Assembly: GCA_964514975.1 (NCBI GenBank)
Contig: CAZESS010000005.1
Location: forward strand, 1 to 64,000
Direction of reading: 5' to 3'
Origin: an uncultured Thermoplasmatales archaeon
GTDB lineage: Archaea > Thermoplasmatota > E2 > UBA202 > DSCA01
DNA: 64,000 bases
Below, in pieces: positions 57,074-64,000 of the stretch. A model generated the notes under the pieces. It saw only the letters and a list, made by a program, of their open reading frames with translations, did no database searches and was not told the DNA's origin. Each line of letters opens with the position of its first letter. Positions within the stretch are counted from its first letter, which is position 1. Both the position numbers and the translations under genes were made by a program.

Positions 57074-57904
57074 ATGAAACCTGCTCCATATGTCGCCATG
57101 GTCATTGTGGCCGTCGTGCTCACCATGGCGGTACCGCTCCAAAATGCCTCCCCGCTATCCGCGGCGCTCGACGGCAACACGCCGCCCAACCCGCCAAACA
57201 TATCCGGGCCACGCGACGGCAGGATATGGGAGACCTACACCTACCAGTTCACGATTACCGACCCCGACGGCGACCGGATGGAACGCCTCGAAATCAACTT
57301 CGGCGACGGCAAGGAAGAAATCCTGAACTGTGGATGCACACAGCCATACTGGCCATCCGGGACGACACTCAACGTCACCCATCGATGGGCGCAGCGGGGC
57401 GACTACACCATCAAAGCCAGGGTGCGGGACGTCCTCGGGGAATGGAGCGACTGGGGCACGCTCCAGGTGTCGATGCCGAAAGCACGGAGCACGGAAGATG
57501 CTGCGCAGCCCCAGGTCACAACGAACGCGGCCACCGACGACGTCATGGCGCCCAATGTCACCATCGTCAACCCCCGCCGGGGATACCTCCACCTCGGCGG
57601 CGAAGCGCTGATGGAGCTGCCGTCCTCAATGCCGACTCTGCTCCCCGGCTCGTTTCTCTTCACCAGGGGCACGGCGCTGGTCACCGACAACGTCGACCGG
57701 CCGGACGACCTGGATGTAGCAGTCTACCTCGACGGCGAGCAGCGTGCCACTGCTCAATGGAGCCCGTGCAGCCGCTACCACGAATGGGGCAATCTCGGGC
57801 GCGGCTTCGGCCCGATGACGCTTCGCATCGACGCGACGGACAGCAGCGGCAACACCGGCAGCGCCGAGATGTCCGTCTGGTATTTCTGTCTCCTGCCGCA
57901 GTAA
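57074..57904 (+). CDS. Secreted PKD/Ig-like domain protein
   Basis: Signal peptide; NTPPNPPNISGP...DPDGD...INFGDG...HRW...GDYTIKARVRD...WSDWGTLQVSMPK; second Ig-like domain (ATDSSGNTG). Confidence 0.8.
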   Translation: MKPAPYVAMVIVAVVLTMAVPLQNASPLSAALDGNTPPNPPNISGPRDGRIWETYTYQFTITDPDGDRMERLEINFGDGKEEILNCGCTQPYWPSGTTLNVTHRWAQRGDYTIKARVRDVLGEWSDWGTLQVSMPKARSTEDAAQPQVTTNAATDDVMAPNVTIVNPRRGYLHLGGEALMELPSSMPTLLPGSFLFTRGTALVTDNVDRPDDLDVAVYLDGEQRATAQWSPCSRYHEWGNLGRGFGPMTLRIDATDSSGNTGSAEMSVWYFCLLPQ

Positions 57905-57910
57905 CCGCCT

Positions 57911-58444
57911 TTATCTCTGCAGCGATTGAAGGACATCGCAGTGGACATCATAGGCGTGCCGGTCGTAGAGCACGAAGCGTACGAGCTCAAGAGCATCGTT
58001 ATGGCCAAGCCAGTCCATCACGGCGGGCAGCGCAACCCCGGCAGCTTCTTCAAGCGGGTAGCCGAATGCGCCGGTGCTCAACGCCGGAAATGAGATGCTG
58101 GCCAGGTCGTGCTCACATGCGAGCCGCAGCGCATTTCGGTAGCATGACTCCAGCAGCTCCGCGTCACGGTCGGTGCCCGAGTACACCGGGCCGACAGTGT
58201 GGATGACGTACCGCGCCGGCAGGTCGTAGCCGCGCGTGATTTTTGCTTCCCCGGTCTGGCAGCCGCCGAGCTGTTCGCATTCCTCCCACAGCCCGGGGCC
58301 TGCAGCGCGATGGATGGCGCCCGCGACGCCGCCGCCCGGAGCCAGCCGTCTGTTGGCTGCGTTGACCACCGCGTCGGTGTCCTGCTGCGTGATGTCGCCG
58401 ACCACGAGTTCGATGGTGGCGGTGCCGACGGACACCTGTTCCAT
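57911..58444 (-). CDS. Macro domain protein (O-acetyl-ADP-ribose deacetylase/ADP-ribosylhydrolase, YmdB-like)
   Basis: GDIT, VVNAAN, GGGVAGAIHRAAG, VIHTVGP, FPALSTGAFGYP. Confidence 0.93.
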   Translation of the reverse strand: MEQVSVGTATIELVVGDITQQDTDAVVNAANRRLAPGGGVAGAIHRAAGPGLWEECEQLGGCQTGEAKITRGYDLPARYVIHTVGPVYSGTDRDAELLESCYRNALRLACEHDLASISFPALSTGAFGYPLEEAAGVALPAVMDWLGHNDALELVRFVLYDRHAYDVHCDVLQSLQR

Positions 58445-58520
58445 GCAGCCTGAACAGCGGCACCGTATAAAAACATGGCGAATGTGGAGTGCAATGTATC
58501 ATATATCCCCTCCGCATTAC

Positions 58521-59567
58521 ATGACAATGATCATCGTGACAGGTGATAACGGGCAACACGCACGGTGCCGGCTGTGCGGCATGGAAAGCCGCCAGGTATC
58601 GAGCGCGCTCGGCGTCTGTCTCTCCTGCATACGTGAATGTCCCGATGCATCGCTCCCCCTCGCCGACAGGGCACATGCCCGCCTCCGGAAAACCCGCGGG
58701 CTGCCGGACCGTCCACCCGACGAGGGCAGCGTGCACTGTACCATATGTGCCAACGACTGCCGCATTGGATACGGCGAAGCAGGGTATTGCGGCCTCCGGG
58801 AAAACGTGCGCGACCTGCTGATAGAACGACAGGGACTCGTCCATACACAGTATATGTCGGCACCCGGAACATGCCCAGGAGCACAGAGCTGCAGCGGCGA
58901 CGGCCACACCCTCAACGTGTTCGTGTACGGCTGCACCTTCGACTGCCTGTGCTGCCCGCACCCGGAGCACCGCCACATTGACAAGGTTAAACGGCTGGGC
59001 ATCCCGACGCTGCAGCAGCTCGCCCGGCAGGCGTCCTGCATCCGCTTCTACGGCGGTGCGCCCGAGGCACAGCTCCCCTTCCTGCTCGAGGTAACCCGGC
59101 AGGTGCTTGAGGATACGGCGGTGCGCATCTGCTGGGAGCTCAACGGGAGCGCCGCCCCCGACCTGACCCGACAGGCCGCGCGACACGCCGCGGACACAGG
59201 GGGCACGGTCACCATGAACATCATGGCCAGGAACGAGGCGCTCCACCGCGCGCTGACCGGGCGGAGCAACCGGCGGACCCTTGCCTCCTTCGAGATGCTG
59301 GCCGGGGAGTTCGATGCATCGGTGCTGGCTGCTGCGACGCCGCTGGTGCCCGGATACATCGATGCGGCGGAGGTGGCAGACATCGCATCCTTTGTCGCCT
59401 CATGCAACCCCGGCGTTCACTATGCACTGCTGCCCGTGCAGGCCGGCAACGGCATGCCGGCGACGGGCGACGGGCAGGCCGAGCGATGTCATACGGCGGC
59501 GGCAAAATATTTAAACCGTGTGCACATTTGCAGACCGGCATCCGCAGGGGTAAAAAACCTCCTGTAG
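58521..59567 (+). CDS. Radical SAM protein, PflA/AmmeMemoRadiSAM-like with Cys-rich N-terminus
   Basis: CRLCG...LGVCLSCI, CTICANDC.I..GEAGYCGLREN, CTFDCLCC (CxxxCxxC), RICWELNG, PLVPGYID. Confidence 0.8.
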   Translation: MTMIIVTGDNGQHARCRLCGMESRQVSSALGVCLSCIRECPDASLPLADRAHARLRKTRGLPDRPPDEGSVHCTICANDCRIGYGEAGYCGLRENVRDLLIERQGLVHTQYMSAPGTCPGAQSCSGDGHTLNVFVYGCTFDCLCCPHPEHRHIDKVKRLGIPTLQQLARQASCIRFYGGAPEAQLPFLLEVTRQVLEDTAVRICWELNGSAAPDLTRQAARHAADTGGTVTMNIMARNEALHRALTGRSNRRTLASFEMLAGEFDASVLAAATPLVPGYIDAAEVADIASFVASCNPGVHYALLPVQAGNGMPATGDGQAERCHTAAAKYLNRVHICRPASAGVKNLL

Positions 59568-59643
59568 CAGACGGATGCAACACCCCTATCTTTATATACA
59601 TGATTGTATATTTGGGTAAAAGTTTCCCCCTATCAGGTGAACA

Positions 59644-60621
59644 ATGCCAGAAAAACATCATCCGAAACGAGGTTCACGCGGCTATTCGCCCCGCAAACGC
59701 GCCCAGTCCGAAGTGGCACGCATCCATTCCTGGCCGGACGGCGGCAGCGAGCCCCGTCTGCAGGGTTTCGCAGGTTACAAGGCCGGCATGACACACGTGC
59801 TGCTGGTCGACTACCGACCGACGTCGACGACCTCGGGTCGCGAGGTCCAGGTTCCCGTGACCGTCGCCGAGGCGCCCCCGCTGAAGATAGCGGCGGTGCG
59901 GCTCTACCGCGACAGCCCCTACGGGCTCAAAACCGCGACGGAAAAATGGGCGGACAATCTCGAGCTCAACGGCAAAATACCCGCATCGGACAACGGCGGC
60001 GGCAGCCTCGAAACTGACGACATCGACGACGTCAGGGTCATCGCGCATACCATGCCACGCATGGTCAGCGGCATACCGAAAAAGATACCCGAGCTCATGG
60101 AAATCCGCGTCGGCGGCGGCGACATCGACGCACGGCTCGAATACGCGAAAAACCTGCTCGGCACCGAGGCGGGCATCGCGGACATCTACGACGAGGGCAC
60201 CATGGTCGACGTCGCGGCCATTACCAAGGGAAAAGGATTTCAGGGCTCACCAAAACGATTCGGCGTCAAACTGCTCACCCACAAAAACAGGAAACACCGG
60301 CGGCAGGCCGGCACCCTGGGCCCCTGGCTGACCTGGGTCCGCTCCACGGTCCCGCAGGCCGGACAGATGGGCTACCATCCGCGTGTCGAATACAACAAGC
60401 GCATTCTCAAAATCGGCGAGGGCGGCGACGACATCACCCCTGACGGGGGCTTCAAACACTACGGCGTCGTCCGCAACAACTATGTCATCATCCACGGCTC
60501 CATCCCGGGGCCGACAAAGCGCCTCATACGGATGCGGGATGCAATCCGCTACCAGAAGGGCGTGGAAGTTGAAAAACCCGAAATCACCTACATTTCGACA
60601 ACCAGCAAACAGGGGATATAA
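59644..60621 (+). CDS. rpl3: 50S ribosomal protein L3 (uL3)
   Basis: PKRGS.GYSPRKRA, FAGYKAGMTH, TKGKGFQG, QAGQMGYH.R.EYNKRI. Confidence 0.97.
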   Translation: MPEKHHPKRGSRGYSPRKRAQSEVARIHSWPDGGSEPRLQGFAGYKAGMTHVLLVDYRPTSTTSGREVQVPVTVAEAPPLKIAAVRLYRDSPYGLKTATEKWADNLELNGKIPASDNGGGSLETDDIDDVRVIAHTMPRMVSGIPKKIPELMEIRVGGGDIDARLEYAKNLLGTEAGIADIYDEGTMVDVAAITKGKGFQGSPKRFGVKLLTHKNRKHRRQAGTLGPWLTWVRSTVPQAGQMGYHPRVEYNKRILKIGEGGDDITPDGGFKHYGVVRNNYVIIHGSIPGPTKRLIRMRDAIRYQKGVEVEKPEITYISTTSKQGI

Positions 60622-61388
60622 TGAAAGCGAAGGCGAAGGTATATGGACTCGACGGCACCGTCACCGACGAACGCTCGCTCCCCGCGGCATTCGAGCAGGG
60701 ACATCGCCCCGATGTCATCCAGAAAACGTTCAACGCAATGCGCGCCAACGCACGGCAGCCATATGGCGTCGACGAGCGAGCCGGCAAGCGGCATCCCGTC
60801 GAGCCCTGGTCGACCGGGCGTGGCGTCTCACGCGTTCCCCGCCTGACGCAGGGACGACGTGCCGCATTTATGCCCGGCACCGTCGGCGGGCGCGTGGCGC
60901 ATCCGCCGAAACCGGAAAAAAACTGGGGTAAAAAAATTAACAAGAAAGAAAAAGCGCTCGCCCGGCGTGCCGCTCTCGCCGCTACGGCCCACCCCGAGCT
61001 GGTGACGAAGCGAGGGCATCGTTTCGGCGATAATGTGGCACTGCCCATCGTCGTCGACGACGAGTTCGAGCACCTCACAAAAACCAAGGACATGATCGCG
61101 GCGCTGCAAAAGCTCGGTGTCTATGACGACGTTGAGCGTGCGCGGCAGGGCCGCCATATCAGGGCCGGCAAGGGAAAGCGGCGCGGCCGGAAGTACAAGA
61201 CGCCTCGTTCTCTGCTCATTGTGGCCGGCGACACGGAAAACGTTAAAAAAGCCGCCGGCAATTTAATAGGAGTGGACGTCGTGACGCCACGGGAACTCAA
61301 CGTACTGCATCTCGCCCCCGGCGGAGATGCGGGCAGGCTCACCATTTTCACGGTCAGCGCGCTTGAGCAGATGGAGGAGATACAATGA
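60621..61388 (+). CDS. rpl4: 50S ribosomal protein L4 (uL4)
   Basis: W.TGRGVSRVPR, GGRVAHPPK, KINKKEK, IRAGKGKRRGRKY, LAPGGDAGRLT. Confidence 0.97.
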   Translation: MKAKAKVYGLDGTVTDERSLPAAFEQGHRPDVIQKTFNAMRANARQPYGVDERAGKRHPVEPWSTGRGVSRVPRLTQGRRAAFMPGTVGGRVAHPPKPEKNWGKKINKKEKALARRAALAATAHPELVTKRGHRFGDNVALPIVVDDEFEHLTKTKDMIAALQKLGVYDDVERARQGRHIRAGKGKRRGRKYKTPRSLLIVAGDTENVKKAAGNLIGVDVVTPRELNVLHLAPGGDAGRLTIFTVSALEQMEEIQ

Positions 61389-61642
61389 ATCCATATGACG
61401 TGGTTTTGCATCCCTATGTAACGGAAAAAACGATGCTTCTGATGGAGGACAACAACGCGCTGCAGTTCGCGGTCAAGATGGAAGCAAACAAGAAAGAGAT
61501 TAAGAGCGCGGTGGAGCAGATGTTCGATGTCGAGGTGGCCAAGGTCACCACCCGCATCGCGAAGGAGGGCAAGCTGGCCCTCGTGAAGCTCACACCGGAA
61601 TATGAGGCTGAAGATATTGCCATGAGAGTCGGTATATTCTAA
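61385..61642 (+). CDS. rpl23: 50S ribosomal protein L23 (uL23)
   Basis: P.VTEK...MEDNN.L.F.V...ANKKEIK.AVEQMFDV.V; operon position. Confidence 0.96.
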   Translation: MNPYDVVLHPYVTEKTMLLMEDNNALQFAVKMEANKKEIKSAVEQMFDVEVAKVTTRIAKEGKLALVKLTPEYEAEDIAMRVGIF

Positions 61643-61650
61643 GTGATACT

Positions 61651-62352
61651 ATGGGAAAGCGATTAGTTCATCAACGGAGAGGCTCCGCACGCTCGCGGTA
61701 TCGGAGCCCGTCGTTCAAGCACAAAGGCCCGGTTGCCTATCCCTCGCTGGAGGAAACCGAAGGCGTCGTCCTGGACATCGTCCACAATCCGGGTACGTCG
61801 TCCCCGCTCGCCGTCGTCGAGACGAGCGATGGCGGCAGGTTTACCATGCTCGCCCCCGAGGGAATTGCATCGGGCGAGACCGTTCGGTTTACCGAACGAA
61901 GCATTCTCAAACCCGGCAACGTGCTGCCGCTGTCCTCGATTCCCGAGGGAACGCCCGTATACAACATCGAGAGCAACCCGGGCGATGGCGGCAAATTCGC
62001 TCGCTCGGGTGGCAACCACGGCAGCATCGTGGGACACGGCGAGAACGTCATCGTGCGGCTGCCGTCCGGGGCGCAGAAAAAGCTGCATCCCCGGTGCAGG
62101 GCGACCATCGGCGTTGCTGCCGGTGGCGGCCGGAACGAAAAACCGTTCATGAAGGCCGGCAAGCGGCATCATGCGCTTCGCTCCCGTGGCGGCATCTATC
62201 CGCGGGTGCGCGGCGTGGCGATGAACCCGGTCGACCATCCACACGGTGGCGGTGCGCATCAGCATGTCGGCAAGTCGTCGACCGTTGGACGGAATGCGCC
62301 CCCGGGACGAAAGGTTGGCAGCATCGCGGCACGGAGGACCGGGAAGAAGTGA
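61651..62352 (+). CDS. rpl2: 50S ribosomal protein L2 (uL2)
   Basis: MGKRL..QRRG, GDGGKFARSGG, PRVRGVAMNPVDHPHGGG, PPGRKVG.IAARRTG. Confidence 0.97.
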   Translation: MGKRLVHQRRGSARSRYRSPSFKHKGPVAYPSLEETEGVVLDIVHNPGTSSPLAVVETSDGGRFTMLAPEGIASGETVRFTERSILKPGNVLPLSSIPEGTPVYNIESNPGDGGKFARSGGNHGSIVGHGENVIVRLPSGAQKKLHPRCRATIGVAAGGGRNEKPFMKAGKRHHALRSRGGIYPRVRGVAMNPVDHPHGGGAHQHVGKSSTVGRNAPPGRKVGSIAARRTGKK

Positions 62353-62356
62353 TATC

Positions 62357-62788
62357 ATGGCACGGAGAAGCAGACGGAAGAAGAAAAAGCTCGACCTGGG
62401 CGCGAAGAAGGAGTTTACCTATCGCGGCCTGAGCGTCGACGAGATGAGGAAGATGTCAGTCGATGAGTTCCTGCAGTATCTGCCCGCACGGAAGCGCCGC
62501 AGCCTGACGCGCGGCATGACCAGGGAGCAGAACAAGCTGCTGCAGCGCGTCAAGGATGCAGACGACGGCGACATCATCCGCACGCATCTCAGAGACATGG
62601 TCATCCTACCCCCGTTTTTCGACCGGGAGATTGCGGTGCACAACGGCACCGAGTTCGTTCGGGTCAAGATACAGCCCGAGATGGTCGGGCATTACCTCGG
62701 CGAGTTCGCCAGAACACGGAAGGAAGTGAAACATACCGGACCGGGACTGGGGGCAACGCGCTCCTCCAAGTTCCTGCCCCTGAAGTGA
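62357..62788 (+). CDS. rps19: 30S ribosomal protein S19 (uS19)
   Basis: Start ATG 62357; EFTYRG, IRTHLRDMVILP, MVGHYLGEF, GATRSSKFLPLK. Confidence 0.97.
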   Translation: MARRSRRKKKKLDLGAKKEFTYRGLSVDEMRKMSVDEFLQYLPARKRRSLTRGMTREQNKLLQRVKDADDGDIIRTHLRDMVILPPFFDREIAVHNGTEFVRVKIQPEMVGHYLGEFARTRKEVKHTGPGLGATRSSKFLPLK

Positions 62789-62792
62789 TATC

Positions 62793-63245
62793 ATGAGCTA
62801 TTCAGCACATAGAAACCCGGAAAGAAGTGCCCGCGCCCTCGGCAGCGAGCTGCACTGCTCGCCGAAGCATTCCCAGAACATCATGCGGGCCATCAAGGGC
62901 ATGTCCATCGAGGAAGCAAAGCAGTTCCTGGAGGACGTCATCGCCAAGAAGCGGGCGGTGCCGTTCACCACGCACAACCGTGACGTGTCGCATCGCAAGG
63001 GCATGGGGCCCGGTGCATATCCTGAAAAAGCATCGCAGCTCATCCTGCGCGTGCTCAAGAACGCGGAGAACAACGCCGAGTATAAGGGACTCGACACGGA
63101 GAACATGATTATTTCGCATGCCTCGGCCTACAAGGGACAGAAGATAGAGGGGATGATGCCCCGCGCCTTCGGCAGGTCGAGCCCGAAAAACAAGCAGACG
63201 ACCAATGCAGAACTCATTATAGAGGAGAAAGAATATGGCGATTGA
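62793..63245 (+). CDS. rpl22: 50S ribosomal protein L22 (uL22)
   Basis: SPKHS....RAIKGM, AVPF, G.YPEKA, NAENNAEYKGLD, PRAFGR. Confidence 0.96.
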   Translation: MSYSAHRNPERSARALGSELHCSPKHSQNIMRAIKGMSIEEAKQFLEDVIAKKRAVPFTTHNRDVSHRKGMGPGAYPEKASQLILRVLKNAENNAEYKGLDTENMIISHASAYKGQKIEGMMPRAFGRSSPKNKQTTNAELIIEEKEYGD

Positions 63246-64000
63246 GCGAAAGTTCGTCCAGGAAGGAGCGAAACGGATGCTTATCAGAGAGTACCTGGAA
63301 AAAGAGACGGAGCGCGCGGGCTTCGGCGGCCTGGAGATACAGCGGACGCCCCTGGGCACGCTGCTCTCGCTGTCGACGGAGCGACCGGGCATCGTCATCG
63401 GCCGCGGCGGCAAAAACGTGAAGGCGCTGACCAAGAACCTCGAGGACCACTTCGGACTCGAAAACCCGCAGCTTGAGGTCGAGGAGATCGGCAACCAGGC
63501 CCCGCTCAACGGGCAGATCATGGCGCAGAAGGTCGCCTCGGCGCTGGAGCGCGGCTGGCATTTCCGGCGCGTCGGCCATTCCACGGTGCGGCGCATCATG
63601 GGTTCCGGTGCGCGTGGCTGTCAGGTCATCATTTCCGGCAAAATCACGGGTTCGCGCCATCGAACCGAGAAGTTCACCAAGGGCCATGTCAAGTACTGCG
63701 GCGAGGTCGCCAGCGAGGTCATGGACGAGGGTATCGCGGTGGCGAAGAAAAAAGCCGGCGTGCTTGGCGTCAAGGTCCGTATCATGCGGCCGGATGCGAA
63801 GATGCCCGACGAGGTAGAGATCGTGCACGAGCCGGACGAAGAAGAAAAGAAGGAGGAAGCGGCACCTACCGAGGAGGCGGAGGAACAAAAGGCAGCGCCG
63901 GAGAAAAAAGAGAAAAAGGAGGAGAAGCCGGCGAAGAAAAAGCAGAAGGCGGCGCCGGAGGCATCACAGATGGATGAGCTCAACCTGAAGGACATCTCCG
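63235..64000 (+). CDS. rps3: 30S ribosomal protein S3 (uS3), partial at right edge (absent from ORF track)
   Basis: My translation from ATG 63235: MAIERKFVQEG...ERAGFGGLEIQRTPLGT...RPGIVIGRGGKNV...LERGWHFRR...IMGSGARG..VIISGK...GVLGVKVRIM, followed by a charged extension. Confidence 0.95.
   Translation, partial: MAIERKFVQEGAKRMLIREYLEKETERAGFGGLEIQRTPLGTLLSLSTERPGIVIGRGGKNVKALTKNLEDHFGLENPQLEVEEIGNQAPLNGQIMAQKVASALERGWHFRRVGHSTVRRIMGSGARGCQVIISGKITGSRHRTEKFTKGHVKYCGEVASEVMDEGIAVAKKKAGVLGVKVRIMRPDAKMPDEVEIVHEPDEEEKKEEAAPTEEAEEQKAAPEKKEKKEEKPAKKKQKAAPEASQMDELNLKDIS

Noticed and set aside
59644-63245. Ribosomal protein operon anomalies
   Set aside because: Standard archaeal order L3-L4-L23-L2-S19-L22-S3 with intact ORFs; no inteins or insertions noticed.

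Overview
Chromosomal window of a high-GC archaeon, most likely Thermoplasmatota (E2/MBG-D-like). The assignment is inferred from the archaeal r-protein operon, TFB, a DGGGP synthase, a BHB tRNA intron, gingipain-like proteases and PGF-type sorting tails. The left 14 kb is a cell-surface island with two divergently oriented dockerin-gene/cohesin-gene pairs. Their dockerins differ at the classical specificity positions (FM vs LY), carry no enzyme, and share an MG2-like Ig head with two neighbouring surface proteins. The island also holds a REC-(DUF835-like)-wHTH regulator, a palindromic operator candidate and a structured 1.4 kb non-coding gap. Next come nreA/SplB-like/nadM, an intron-containing tRNA-Thr, and a soluble 14-PAS histidine kinase with a second REC-wHTH regulator. 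A complete sulfate-uptake/PAPS/sulfotransferase operon with no reductase follows, then secreted C25/C45 peptidases, housekeeping metabolism, a TFB lacking its Zn ribbon, and the start of the L3-L4-L23-L2-S19-L22-S3 operon. No CRISPR array, rRNA or intact mobile element was seen. All domain calls were made by eye from motifs, with no database searches.
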